DNA of 64,000 nucleotides from Tubulanus polymorphus (Eukaryota; Animalia; Nemertea). The stretch is taken from contig NC_134032.1 in the NCBI RefSeq assembly GCF_964204645.1, positions 10,094,275-10,158,274 on the forward strand. The letters run 5' to 3'. The translations under genes and the position numbers were made by a program. Positions 49,601-63,048 of this stretch are shown one piece after another (positions within the stretch are counted from its first letter, which is position 1; every line of letters starts with the position of its first letter). Below the pieces are notes generated by a model, which had not been told where the DNA came from, searched no databases, and saw only the letters and a list, made by a program, of their open reading frames with translations.

Positions 49601-51276
49601 CTTGTTTCTTTCTATTTTCAGATAATTGCTTTTATCGCCGCTTGTTACGTTATATATGTGTTCATGGAAGAGGACGACTCTTGTAAGTTTTACCAACATG
49701 CTGCCCTCTATTTCCTGAACGAGGCGTTTCACGATTACCGCGGCGAGGCGCCGACGGACGGCGACACTGCCTCGTCGGTCGATCATCGTCGCCGTACGAT
49801 CCACCAGTGTTACAGCGCGCCGAGTACGTTGGCGCGCGCCGTACGCGTACGCGCCAACGATGATAACGATACCGCTGCCGCCCACCACCATCATAATTAC
49901 GGTTTCCGTAGTCTCGGCCGGCACGGTTACCACCGGCGCAGTTGGTTGATTCCGACGTACGTGTCGTATTCGGACGAATCGACGACGACTGCTGACGGAT
50001 TCGATTCCGTCGCTACGCCCGCTCCAACGGCGAGCGGTCCGTAAATTATTCAGGGTCCGACTGTGAGTCCGTTTACGGGTTTTAGCATGGGTCCTATGCG
50101 GGTTCTCTATTCTATTATTCTAAAACCTATCATAAGAATTATTGATTATTATTACGCACACTTTTCGGTGATCGGTGAAAAGCTATTTTGATTACGCAAT
50201 TCATGCCACGAAAATTAAAGTTGACATTAAAATCACATTATTAGAATATTATCGTAACCACCTCAAACTATCAAAATATCATACGCGAATAATAATCCTA
50301 GTTATTTGCACTGATCTGTAAACTTGGTCTAGTCAAGCTGCAAATCTTGTAATGTTTCTGAGTTTTCAGTATTCCTCAAAAATGGCTTTAAGATAAGAAT
50401 ATGGACCCAAAAATCAGAAAAATCACGAGACTTGCAGCTTTTTTGTTATTTTATGCGAAAATATATAAAAATCACCTCAAACTATGAAAGAAATCAAATT
50501 CACTTCAAACTACATGTATTGAATATCAGAATGCCAAAAACCACCATTTAAACTATTGAACTATCATTCTTTCACTTAAAAAGAGGTAGAAATTGGCAGT
50601 ATGTTGCAAATAGAGACTAGAAGGTCGAACCAACAATGAAAAAGAATTAAAAGATTTAAAACATGAATTCTGACAAGAATTTTGATAAAAACTTTCCGCT
50701 TTCAGCTAAAAATCATTATCAAAAAATGATTTTTAGCGAGGATAAGGATTTTAGTTGAAAAATTAGTATCTTCAAAACAATTTTTCGATTTTTTCAATCA
50801 TCGGGCTTTTTGTCATCGTGGGTTTGTCGGTCTATTTTTTCACATTCCTCTTTGCGTGAAACTCAATATCGCGGTAGTCCGTATATAGGCCTATACCGAA
50901 TACGTATATTGCCGTGGCGCGGTGATATGTTATATGCGATGCATTCATGATTATTGTTGATTGATTTCAGTTGATTTTATCGGGGGCTTCGACCCGTACA
51001 CGCCCAGTTATAACGCGCCGGAAAAGAACGCACAACAACTGCAACTTCAGCCAGTTTACGTGTATGTAACGGCGGTGACAATTGTTGCATGGTGTTAGAG
51101 TTGCGATGATATGTATATATATGAATATATTGTTTCGTTAGTTCTAAGCTTATACCCCTCCCCCAATTTCGTTTTTTTATGCGTGTTGATATCTGGTTAC
51201 TGCATGTTTGCGTGAATTTAATTTCGCTTTTCAAAACGCTCGACCGCGAATTTTTTTCCATTTTAGAAAATGCTAG
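43647..51276 (+). CDS. NKAIN: Sodium/potassium-transporting ATPase subunit beta-interacting protein; exons 43647-43700, 46427-46564, 48277-48357, 48484-48630, 49622-49682, 50971-51061, 51267-51276
   Basis: MGCCTGRCILITLCSLQL / ILSVEHQVFCFLGYLWGAIIGNF..GACQYRP / SWWLQYGIGC..CLLAWQYVEIIH / MEEDDS-FDFIGGFD..QLQLQPVYVKC*. All junctions are GT-AG and in phase. Confidence 0.93.
44575..45062 (+). repeat. Minisatellite of ~35-bp units (CAACTGTGGAACTGGGTCCATAGTCAAAT..)
   Basis: Direct reading; more than ten degenerate units. Confidence 0.85.
46074..46360. mobile_element. piggyBac-type MITE with TTAA TSD
   Basis: TTAA|CCCTTTCAGTGC...GCACTGAAAGGG|TTAA. Confidence 0.9.
46976..47165. mobile_element. Tc1/mariner-pogo-type MITE with TA TSD
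   Basis: TA|CAGTAAACCT...AGGTTTACTG|TA. Confidence 0.8.
47735..48170 (+). repeat. C-rich ~20-bp minisatellite (ACTCCCTCATCCCCTCACAG)n
   Basis: Direct reading; explains the Pro/His/Ser-rich ORFs here. Confidence 0.9.
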
Positions 51277-53989
51277 TTCCGCCGTGTTCAGTTCTGAAGA
51301 AGAACTACGCTGTACCCAGCATCCCACCCTGGCTTACCCCTGCTGAAATAGTTCATCACGAGACCTCCTTCGGAAATTTCGTCCCGAGTAGCCCTATGTT
51401 TGAGCATGTTCTACTTACATCCTGACCCGACCCTCTATCGCTTTCCCTGCCCATCCCTCTACCCGTCCCAATCTTTACGCCAAGGTATAATTTTCCTCCG
51501 GGTCAATAGACGGCTCTTAGGTCTCCTCTTGCGTCGACTGGCTTTGAAGTTGTAGTTTTGAGCGCTTACTCGCAAACATATGATAATAATATGCTATGTA
51601 TGATTGAGTTTGTTGGGCTGGGCATGAAATTGTGAAATATTGAACATGCGGAATGATTGCTTAGTACAATGTATTAATCAGTCATAAGATAATGATCTTA
51701 ATGATTATTGACTTCGTACAGTTAAAAATTCTATGTTGAAATCACGATCTGATTTATCAAAGTTAGACTGGGCGAGTCATCGGACTGGCTTCCCTACAAG
51801 TTAAACACTACATAGAGCTTTCTGTAAAGATGGTTGTCTCCGTAAATCCCCAAATAATATCATCTTTATTCCTTTTGGCTAGTGATTCGATCCATAGCCT
51901 CAGCCAGAATGATGTCAAAGGGGGGATAAAAAAAATGTTTATAAGTCTTATTCAACGTTATGTCATTGGGGATTTATGAAAAAGCCATCCTTCCTTGAAG
52001 TGTCTATAGGAGTAATTTGATGATGTTATAGGGAGATTAAGGACTGGTTTTTGTTAGATAACTTTTGTTAAATAATGGTTAGAAGAAGATTCGGGAATTT
52101 TATTGGAATGGTTCCCCTGCAGGGTCCCAACGACTCTTCGATTCCTAAAAAACCCCTTTAAATTTGAAAATCCTTTTGAAGGTGCTTGAAACTCCTTAAA
52201 TTTGAACAAAGCGCCCAAAACTCGTTCAATTTTTGAGAAATAGGCAATTAGAAATTTTTTTGTAACGCAAAGGATAAAAATCTGATGACGAAACCACCGA
52301 ATTAACAATTTACCGAGATAAACAGTACCAAACCACCGAATTAACAATTTACCGAGATAAACAGTACCGATTTGGGAGAAGTCTACAGTGATTGCGACAC
52401 TTCCTCACAATTTGAAATTTTCTCCTTTAAAACTCCATGAAAAATCTGTATACACACAGGAATAACTGATCCGTAGGGACCCTGCCCTTTACGTATCTCG
52501 TGTGGAATAAATCTCGGACTGCTGGTTCAGCGTATATTATAACTGCGTATCATAAGGTGGTGTTTGTATTGTTTTTGTTACATATACACAGCGGCCATGT
52601 TTATAGTGTTAAACTACGGCGGTCCGTCGACCCCCACGGACTATATACGCGCCACTTACTAAATATTACCTACTAGCCGCCCCAACGCGCACAGGGGCCC
52701 CCGGTAAGTAAACGGAAGTAATACGTTTTACATATATTGTCGTCTTTTATTGCGTTATTTGAAAGTATAATTTCTTTCCGCCTCGCGTAATTTTGTATAA
52801 CGCGCCGTAGATACTTGTCTTGGGCAGAAAGTTTCGCAATTCGTTTTACGTCATGCGCTTTATTTCTCTAGGAGTAGGACATTATTTCCCCCGTCTTCGG
52901 ATTTTAATTTTCTAAATTTCTTTCGTTTGTTTTCGATTCAGATTTTCATGTGCTATATTCTTTAGGAGTAGGAAATTTTTACTATTTTCTTTTTTTTCGA
53001 AATCTTAAGTTCATTCGGCGGGATCGGAATTTCGATATAGTTTCCAATCAACAGAACGAAAAATATTTCATCTGATTTTTCTCTTCATCTCTCTACACAA
53101 TTACGAAGAGCTTCTTTTCTTCAAATATTTTAGTTAAGATTCTGATAATTATAAAGAAACTTCATTAAAAAAATGATCATCTACACGGTATTCATTTCAG
53201 ACATAACCTACTGGTCCACATGAAAACCCTTTCGCGATATTATTAATGATATGCCTAATAAAATCTAACTTCTAAGAAGCTATGGTCTCGGTTCGACCCG
53301 TGATCGTGGTTAAGATCGATGATTACGTTTTTCGGTTGTTTTGATTAGTAAAACAAGCATGTAGCATGTAAGCAGTTGATGATAGTAGAATGTTAGTGAT
53401 GAATGTATCCAATTGATATAACGTCTCATACCACGGTGCCAGAAACCATAGTGTATTTTGCCAGTTTATTGTACCACGGTCGCGGAAAACCATGGTTTTT
53501 TATGAATCATACTGTTGATGATGGTTCACGTACCACGGTACATGTGACAATGGAAAAATATGGAATTTGAAAAGGGTATACCTCTAGTTCATAGTCTGTC
53601 CCATGGTACGAATGTTAGATCTAAGTATGTGTCCCTCAGTTGTGGTGTATTGTATCATGGTATGTACCATATGTAAGGGAAACCACAGGTTATGTATGGT
53701 TTAAGTGTACCTTGGTTTATTCTAATACGGTTTTTATAGATCAGGGAATTCCAGATTTGTTTTTCCCTTCTGACTCTCCTCGTATATCAGGGAAAAGTCA
53801 GCGATTTGGAATTTTTTGTTTCTTGGGCCTCTTGCTGATGACAAGTGGCACAAGGAACCTCTTGATAGGAAACGGTCCCTGCTGAGATATCTTAGAATTT
53901 AATTGGGGAATTTTTGATCGAGGGTCCGGGAAATATCGGGAAATTTTGGACTCTATGTAAGAATCCTATTATGATTAAGGTAAATTGTT

Positions 53990-54432
53990 CCATCGCGCAT
54001 GAAACCATGGTTTATTTGTATGGTTCATCATTCCATGGCGTTTGAAACCTTGATTAATGTATTTGGTACTCTGTACCGTGGTAAATGAAACAATGGTGTT
54101 TGCATATGGTATTCTGTACCGTGGTATTTGAACGATGGTACTTGTATGTATTTGGTCTATCGTACCAAGTTATGTGAAACCATATTTTATGTGTATGGTA
54201 TTCATACGTGGCTCTGTGCACATAATATTCTGTACCATGGTACGTGAAACCATGGTTTATGTATATAGCAATCAAACCATGGTATCTTGCATAAGATAAT
54301 CTGTACGTGGTATGTGAAACCATGGTTTGTATTCATACCGTGGTACTTAGCATAAGATATTCTGTACCATGGTATGTGAAACCATGCTTTATGTATACGG
54401 TTATCTGTACCATGGTTAGTGTGCATGGTTGT
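53990..54432 (+). repeat. Degenerate minisatellite built on CCATGG/TGTACCATGGTATGTGAAA
   Basis: Direct reading. Confidence 0.8.
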
Positions 54433-55226
54433 ACATGAATGGAATTATCATTTCAAAAAGACAGATGTACGTATTTGTTTTTAGTGAGTGAGTATCGAAA
54501 TGAATTCACAATGCGTCGCAAATAAAGACTGACAGTGTCAAACCAATAATGAAAAAAAAAAAAATGAAAAAGTTTTAGAATATTGAACAATTTATTACAA
54601 AATTCGAAATTATTGGTTTTCATCTAAAAACCAAACATATTCATAATGATTCCTTGAAAATCGTTTATAGTGGAAAACTGAAGATTTTTTATTTTTAATT
54701 GAATTTTCCGATGTTTTAAAGCTTGTTTGTTTTTTCATGGATTTGACACTGGAGTCTAATAGAATACTTGAGATGACGGAAATTTGTGAAAAATTGTAGA
54801 AAAGTTTTCGAAACTTCTTTAGGAGACCAGAGATGCATTTTGCCTGATTGATTTGATAAGTTATTGGTCTCGATTCATGGCTCTCAGGATGGCCACTTAA
54901 CTGGAAAACCTTGAAACTCATGGAATCAGACAAATCTAAAATTCGGGGAATTTGATAAATTTTGCGAAACAGATCTGGAAAACTCGGGGATTTTTGGATA
55001 ATGTTATTGGCCGCATGTTTCATTATCAGTATGTGATTCAATGAAAAATGAATGAATTGTAACGTTTTAAACCTAGAAATTTAGAAAAGGAATTTTGTGT
55101 AATGACATGAGAAATTCAGGGGATTTATTAGTGGGCGGAACGTGGCCAGCCACATTGCATAGCTGACAGTTAAGAAAAAGAAATGCGATTAAAATTTTGA
55201 TTTTTTAATTTTCGTTTATTTTGCAG

Positions 55227-55771
55227 CACAACCGGTCAGTGACGAACTGGAATATATCAAAATGCGCTACAAGTCGCCGTCTCGCGCGTTGAACTATCGC
55301 GACGCCGGCGCCGGCGCGACTCTTCGAGAGTTGGACTCGATGCCCGCGTCGAACGAATCGGATTATAATTCGTTTACGCTGCACACGACGATCGACGCGA
55401 CGACGCTCGACCGTCGTTCGGTCGCCACGCACGGCAGCCACCGCCAACTACAACAACAACCGACGTTGCTGCAACAATTACACGGTAACAACACGCAACA
55501 ACGCCATAGCATCCACGTGGACAAATACGCGCGTTCGAATTCGGATAAATATTCGCAGAAAAGCGGAAGCGGCGGCGGCGGCAGCAAACCAGACGTGCAG
55601 CAGCAGACGCAACAGCGCCTGCCGTGGGTGACGGTGGCGCCATCCGTTACCAGCGATCTGCCGCAGGTTATCGACGACGACCCGGGCCCGCCGTCGTACT
55701 ATCAAATTCAAATGACCGACGATCGACGTTATCGCGATTACCGCCGCGATAAAGATTCGATCATCATCTAA
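55227..55771 (+). CDS. NKAIN: Alternative terminal coding exon of NKAIN (long cytoplasmic tail, SQPVSDELEYIKMRYK...DSIII*)
   Basis: TTTTGCAG| acceptor in phase 1, compatible with the exon-5 donor at 49682; GC-rich, coding-like, 180-codon open frame. Confidence 0.7.
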
Positions 55772-56028
55772 AAGATGTGGCTCCGTCGCGTTGATTCTGT
55801 GCTTCTTTTTCTGGACAGATTTTTCTTTTTTTATTTCTCATTTCTCAATCATGTTCCGGCCGCTATTGTTCGATTGCTATGCAGCAGCAGTAGACGGCAT
55901 TGTTTTACTTTGTTACTATGCAACTGGTCTACCAGCGGCGGAAGTAGTTGGCTATTAGTGCGAATACTTATAGTAATGCCATGCAACAATGAGCCAGCTG
56001 ATGATCACGATATATTTCATTTCGTTAA

Positions 56029-56169
56029 CCCTTTCAGTGCTGACCAATAACACCCGAAGGTGCTGGAGATGAAAAAGGAGTGTGAAAATTTTAAAAGATT
56101 TCATCCCAGTGTTTTGAATAAGGAGCATACCGCTTCAGTGCGTCGCAGTGTGCAGACGCACTGAAAGGG
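56029..56169. mobile_element. piggyBac-type MITE, shorter relative of 46074-46360
   Basis: Identical TIRs and TTAA TSD. Confidence 0.88.
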
Positions 56170-56896
56170 TTAAGACATTTTTTTTTAGAGCAGGGTTTGT
56201 AGCGATTATGTGCCCAGTTCAGAATTGACCACGACTGCTAATACAAGAGTAGTTTCTTTCTATTCTATTTTAAGAGCTAAGCTACTCCCAAATATATCAA
56301 AATACTCTCATAAATTTTGGCGAAACTACTACACTGTTAGAAATATCAGCTATAGTGCGGTCTACTTTGAAATTTTATCAGGGTCAATTACGTCTTAATG
56401 TGCAAATTCTAAAAAGAAATGCCAGGAACGCGTCTTCGGATTCAGGAAAAACTGGCTTGACTCTAAAAAGTGCTTAGGACTTATGCTTCAGTCTATCAGC
56501 TACAAACCCTGTAAAAAAGTATTCAAATGATCAGAGTTTTTCAATAAGTTGCAAGGCAACTAACTCTATGGCAGCCATGTTTTTTTTCGTCGTAGGTAGT
56601 TTTCGATAGCATCATGCGCGCGTGTTTTTAGAAATTCATTTTCGTCTTCGAAGAAGTCGGGTAGTAGGAAGCAGTGGCAGACAAGCTTTCCCCCCAGATG
56701 GCGTGGCCAGCTTGGTCCGTTTCAAAAATCGAAGTTAATTTCTCCACATTTCTCATAGTGCAGATATTCTGATCGTTGAATTGGATTCTAAGACTATTGA
56801 GAAAGAATGATTTAGCAAATAATTACCTCCTAAAAACAGAAATGGAATGATTTTTCAACTAATAATATCAAATGGATGTGTAAATCTCGAGTTAGC

Positions 56897-57225
56897 CCAC
56901 CTGGTGTATCCTTACTTACCGCTAGTAGAACTCTCTATTGCTGGATAGTTGATGTCGTACAGCACACTTATGACACCTGGTGGATCCTTCCTTACTTGCC
57001 ACTAGTGGAATCCTCTATTGCCGGATAGTTGATGTCCTTCAGCACACTAGCCACACCTGGTGGATCTTTACTTGCCACTAGTGGAATCCTCTATTGCGGG
57101 ATGGTTGATGTCCTACAGCACACTAGCCACACTTGGTGGATCTTTACTTGCCACATGTGGAATCCTCTGTTGCGCAGAAGTTGATGTCCTACAGCACACT
57201 AGCGACACCTGGCGGATCCTCACTA
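56897..57225 (+). repeat. ~75-bp tandem repeat, about four units (CACCTGGTGGATC..CTTGCCACTAGTGGAATCCTCTATTGC..GTTGATGTCCTACAGCACACTAGC)
   Basis: Direct reading; single related units at ~17665, ~32930 and ~44188. Confidence 0.85.
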
Positions 57226-58375
57226 ACCAAGTTCGAGTGATATTTTTATTAAGTTGATGAATATTTCCTATGCATGCTCATCAGTTTGTTTTATGAAATC
57301 ATATCTTTGTTTTAGTATCGGATTTTCGTATTCTTTTCGTAGAAACGAAGATGGAATATTCTTTTAATATACGTATTGTAAACTTTAAGTCGAATTCGAA
57401 TTCTTTCTTCGAACTTTCTTCACTCGCATAATAATATAAATCCGGATAGTTGAATCAGAATTTTTGATATTCGCGGATTCGAACGATTTCAGGGCCTATT
57501 TCTGCGAGTCAGATTATCTTTGCTTCGTTTAAACTGGATGTTGTATATCGAAGGCTTGGAGCGAAAGACTGTGATGCGTATTATTAATTTAGCGTTTAAG
57601 GCAATCGGTTCTGAGCTCCGGATTAAAGAAATTATGTTGTTAAAAATATATCATTTCAAGATTTTGAATCGAAGAATTTCGCTTGTGATTCAACATGATT
57701 GACCTGCCACGCGAGTGTCAATCCTGGCAGCCTGGAACTACCCTGCTTCAGATATTCAGTAGTCATGTGAAGCTAGTAACCTGTCTAGGGGTTTAGTTTC
57801 ATAATTGGATAATTTCACAAACGACACGTTTGAAGTGAGCCCATCCAATTTCTAATTTCTGCTATTAAAGCTTACTTCCAACGATTAGATGAGTAACTAC
57901 AGACAAACCTGCTTATTTCGGATCGGCTTAATCCGGATTTTGGTCTTATCCGGACAATATTTGCAGTTCATTTGTTCATTAATACACAAGAAAATGACTT
58001 TTAATCCAGATTTCCCATAAACCAGATGATTTTTGTTGGTCCGAATTAAGTGGATTGGACTGTAATTAGGAATGTCGACAATCAGATTTTGAACGCCTTG
58101 CGATAGAATGTCTGAAATCTGGTGTTTGTAATTCATATGAAATTGACGATGTCTCGGGTGAAGTCCTGAACGCTGAATTCCGGACGATACAAAAAGTTTG
58201 GAGAATGGTGATAAAAGTATCTGTCTGTAGGGTCCAGGCTACCGACTGATACCTGCTTTAAACATGTAGATAGGAAATTGTAGATACGAGTGAAGAAGTT
58301 CGGCTATCTATACTGGCATGCCATTAGTAATAGAACAAATATGAGCTTAGATTAGTCCTCATCATCCTCATATCA

Positions 58376-58511
58376 GGGGTTCCAAACTGATGATGGCATC
58401 TCTAGATTCGGCCACGGCTCAAAACCCTGCCATACTAGACCGTACTTACCTGGTCTAATGTGGCAGGGTTTCGTACCGTGGTGAGTCTCGATTCCGTCAG
58501 GTTCGAATCCC
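58376..58511. repeat. Imperfect foldback element
   Basis: CCACGG..AAACCCTGCCA..TAGACC / GGTCTA..TGGCAGGGTTT..CCGTGG with inverted outer arms. Confidence 0.65.
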
Positions 58512-59014
58512 TGCCAGGGCAGGATGTGACTTCATTTGAAGGGTTTAAACCTGGATAGGGCTCGATATTTAGGGGTAGTTAAAGAGAAATGTGTGTCAAG
58601 CGTGCGGATATTTTTGTAAATAGATTTTTTAGTCCATACAGTATAACTCATTTACTTCGAGGGACAGTGAGTGCTGCCATCTATATTTTGTCAGCCTGTA
58701 ATCTTTTTCATTGATTATCTTTGAAAGCCGCTCCGTGTACGATGTATAAATGTATTATAATAATAATTATTATTATTAGATATTATTGTAAAATGAATGA
58801 GTGTCTTTTAAGAAAACCCTTGTGCAACAAAATTATCTTTGATTGATTTAAAAATGAATGAATTGTTTTATATAGTTTAAAAATTATTTTGTTTTCGTGT
58901 TTTCATGTTAACGACAAGTGTTTTTCTGAGGGACCTTTTCCCCGAGGCTTTACTTTACGTACTTTCATTAGGACCCTGACATGTCTTAGCCTATCATAAG
59001 ACACGTCTTGGTCG

Positions 59015-59255
59015 TTTTTCCAATCAGGAGGCATGTCAAGCTCTTTCAGCCAATCAGGGGATATCTCTAGCTTTTTTAACCAATCAGGAGATACGTCTAG
59101 CTTTTTCTACAAATCAGGAGGCATCTCCTGCTCTTGCAGCGATCACTTAGATCTTTCAGCCAATCGAAAGGCATCTGTAAATCTTTGAACCAATCAGGAG
59201 AAACCTCTAACCCATTCAACCAATAAGGTGACGCCTCTAGCTTAGCCAATCATAG
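59015..59255 (+). repeat. ~30-bp tandem repeat containing CCAATCAG
   Basis: About eight CCAATC-containing units. Confidence 0.75.
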
Positions 59256-59801
59256 CTCATTGATTGAGGTGTATATTTATTTTTTACCTGTCCCCAGGAT
59301 AAAATTTAAAAGATGAAACAACAGAAAAATGTAAATACCAATAATAATCTAATAATTTTATTTTATCGCGAAAAAATTAACAAATCTTTATACAATGACG
59401 ACAACACGGGACGGAATGAGTCGCCGGAAAAAAATACCAGCTTGAAATATTACAATATTCAATAGAAAAAAAAACAACATAGATTATTCAAAATAGAACT
59501 CATTTGCATATTCAAATCAGACGGACGGAGTCAATATTTAAATTAATTCATTCTTATTCCAGCAGATTGGACGGAATTATTCCTATATAAAATATTAATA
59601 CCGCGATATTTCGATGCCCTCAAATGACCCAAGTTTCAACATGACCTTGACCTTTGCGTAGATTGCCGGACATTTTGAAATTCTTTTTATATCGTCAACA
59701 AAAATCAATGTAATCCTGTGTAATTTTCGATGTGCCTTTAAAGGTGTTTTCGGTTGTTTTTCTTCGCAAAAATGTCTTTTTGTGCAACGCAATTTATGGA
59801 C

Positions 59802-62800
59802 TTATTTCTTCGGAGCGATGATGCCTTCCAGTTGAGTCTAAAGGCAAAAAGAAAAATCAATTAACACTTTAAAAATGAATCATTCTGGCCAAATGATCAA
59901 CTAATGACATGGTCAAGGCGTCGTAAATTTAGATCTCGTTCTTGTTATAGGAGCGAAAAGATCTTCCCCCTAGTCACGCGCCTACGTACCTTCAACTGCT
60001 GGTTCGTTCTCTTTAAGAATTGTATTTCCTCGGTGTGTTTTTTCTCTTCGACCTGCCTCTGTTCGGCTCCGCGTTTTTCGATCTGGTCACACTTGGCTTT
60101 CAGCTCGTTCACCTGTTTTTCCAGGTCGCGTTTATCTTGTTCCAATTCGGAAATCTGCCGTTTGAGAAAAAAAAAACATCTCGAGATAGAAACGCCTCCT
60201 TCGGTAATATTTTGATAGACTCGGTTCCACAGTTTTAAGATTCGACTCTTCCGAGACTAAATCCTGGTTCCAGTTTTATGACAGTGACTTTGGTTCGAAA
60301 AAAGGTTTTAAATCTACCGGGTAGTCAGGTCTGGTGGTGATAAAACAAGCCTCAGATTTTACTGTTAAATCAAGTCAATTTCTAAATCTTTTCAATTTTT
60401 GTAAAATGATTCCACATTTAACTTCATTTCCGCACAGGTTTTGGGCGACGAAAGTGCTGCGTTAAAACTGATTCCAATTCCAAATTGAGTAAACGCATTC
60501 ATTTTCAGTTAATTTGACTATTCAAATCTCGCAACTGTCGAACTGGGTCCAGTTTCACAAAACAAACCTGATTCTAATTAATGAACAACCTTTATTAACC
60601 TGTAAGCCTAATTGTTGACCAAGAATTGGTGCTACGACCCTGGAAATCTACATCGGTCGAATCAAAATAATACGAACCTTTCTCTCCATGTCGGATTTGC
60701 CTTGTTCGGCTTGTAGGGCTTTCCTCATGCCAAACGCGACGCTGCTCTCGTACAGAGTCTGATACGCAGCTATAGTCATCCTGATCTCGTCGCGTACTCT
60801 CAACAGTAATAAACCACGCTCGGCGCAGTTTATAGTCACCTGGCGGATTAATTCATCTGTAAATAATGAGATAATTGTTAATTATTGGTTAAATATTTAT
60901 TAGCTTCACACAGGTGTGTTGTGAACAGTCTCCCTACATAAGCTTTTTCAGAAGCCCCCCGTGTATGAAGGTACCAAATATTATGGTTGCTCTAACATAA
61001 CATTCACATTTTGAGCATACGCAACTGGGTAGAGCGTGATATCATCAAATTACCTCTGGTATGTTTTTGGTAGGCAATTCCTATGATGTCATTTAAGGGG
61101 ATCTATACACGGGTAATTTGATTTTGGAGGGATTTATGAACATAAAAAGAAGTCTATACGTAAACGTTATCACTTGTAGACAGTTTGAATAATACATGTA
61201 GGCCTATGAAAGGGAGAGAAGAGTCCACCGGTAGATCAAATTGATCATTTGTTGCATTGTAGTTGATCACTTGATATAGTCATAGGGGATGACATATAGC
61301 ACCAGCCATCTTGAGTAGAGTGAGTTTATAACTGAGCAAACCACTAGTTAACCATTTGACGATGTCAAAGGGATATCTGATGGAGACAGAGCCATCTGTT
61401 GATGGAAATTTCTATAGCCTGCATTCTTCGTTACATACCGAAACACTGCGAGTAAAGTTCTCGTCTCACCGGACAGATTCCGGTTTCGCGAGCCTGTCTC
61501 TGTTGTAATCTACGGTCGAGTTCTTCTTGGAGATTGACAACGTCTAACCGCGTGGCCGGCGTGCTGGATACTTGTTGTACCCACAACTGACCGCCTTCAG
61601 TCCATTCCCTAGCAGAGAAAGTAAAGACAATAGAAGGTTTTTTCAAACTAAATTTTTCCACTACAGGGCGATGGGTAAAAAGAATAATCTTGATTATGAA
61701 TTTCCATTGAAATTGATTGATATTTTCCATTTGATACTAATATGTTGGTTCGGGTCTAAATTACCTAAATTTGTCATAATTAATGTATAGGCCCTACTTC
61801 AAGAATTAGGTATGGTTAGGGTCTAGGATTAAGTAAATTAAGGATTAGAGGATAAGGGGAAATGCAGACATTTTGTTTCTAATTTAATCATGAGGATGAT
61901 TAATTTTTTAAAAGACTCGAATGGTTTCCAATCAGATTATCTTCTTTTCTATTGAAATCAAACTTTTATTTCAAATAATTCAATAGGATATTCGTCATTT
62001 TTACCTGGGGGGTAAAATGGAGTTCAGAATCTCATCAGTTTGTTGTGAAGACTTTGCGTCGACTGGAGGTAGTTTCTGTTTGCCACCACCAGGGGGACTC
62101 GGTACCGGGCCGTTGACCGGCGGCTGTTGAGGAGTTGCTTTTAACTGACGAGCCTGGGTGAAGGAAGAAGAAATCAAATTTAAAAATCGAAACCACAGAA
62201 CGCCAAATAGGATTGGTCAGGTATGAGTAGAACTCCTGGGAGCTTGGTTCTATATTTCTTACTAAATAATCAGAGGTAAGTTATTATTTATATCTATAAC
62301 CCTTCCATCTGTAACCAGGTTTTTTATGTGACAATCACACATCTATGCCTGTCGCGACGCGCATCTGTCATGAAAAGTTGCTGATGATTTCAGACCAACA
62401 ACAAGGGTGTGATAAAAGGGGCAAAGCCAAAATAGTTGGTAGCCTATGTTTAAATGTTCAATTTCTATAAACAACCACAAACTACAACACAAGCCTCTAA
62501 TTAAGCCCATGCAATTATTTTATTCAGGAATAGGCCAGTATAGGATTACAGTGGCTGTTAGGCCTTAGAGAAAATAGCTTCTTTTAGGAAGAAGGCTAGC
62601 CTTGTTGAAAGCAGAGAAAAAAGGCCAATCTGAAATTGGACATGATGTTGAAAAAAGTGACAGGTGGGGTTGGAGTTCGGTTTTTTTTTAGTAATCCTAA
62701 CTAAAAATTATTTATAAGGATAGATTTTGATTTTGAATGCTTACCCGTGGAGTTTTCTTATCAGTATTTCGGCTAACTAAAACCGGGTTGTCATATTTCA

Positions 62801-62825
62801 CCAGTGAAGCGTGCGGTGGAATCAT
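59802..62825 (-). CDS. DNALI1: Axonemal dynein light intermediate polypeptide 1 (p28); exons 62745-62825, 62005-62153, 61439-61608, 60678-60856, 59990-60154, 59802-59837 (259 aa)
   Basis: MIPPHASLVKYDNPVLVS..EILNSILPPREWTEGGQLWVQQVSSTPATRLDV..ARETGICPVRRELYSQCFDELIRQVTINCAERGLLLLRVRDE..TQLEGIIAPKK*. All junctions are GT-AG and in phase. Confidence 0.97.
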
Positions 62826-63048
62826 CTTTGATGCGATTTAGGACGGAATTCGACGACAGAATGACCAGCAACCCAAAGATATTCGTGGTAGTTTCGATCA
62901 CTTCCTGGTTTATTAGAGAGCGTCTTTCGTTACTAAGGGCGACCGAGTCGCACTAAATACCACCGGCGACCGATTAATTAAGAATTAGGGCGCCTCCGAG
63001 AAAATCGTAATCAGCGTGTCCACCCGGTTTCAGTCTTTTCGATTCAAA
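62826..63048. promoter_or_regulatory. Bidirectional promoter region between DNALI1 and EMC2, with an RFX X-box-like motif (62929-62943) and an ETS-like ACTTCC
   Basis: Divergent ATGs are 223 bp apart. GTTACTAAGGGCGAC resembles the X-box consensus typical of ciliary genes. Confidence 0.6.

Noticed and set aside
56897-57225. Regularly spaced repeats resembling a CRISPR array
   Set aside because: The whole ~75-bp unit repeats with no unique spacers, the context is eukaryotic, and there are no cas genes.
58442-58453. TACTTACCTGG, similar to the U1 snRNA 5' end
   Set aside because: Downstream sequence does not follow U1; the motif sits at the loop of a foldback element.
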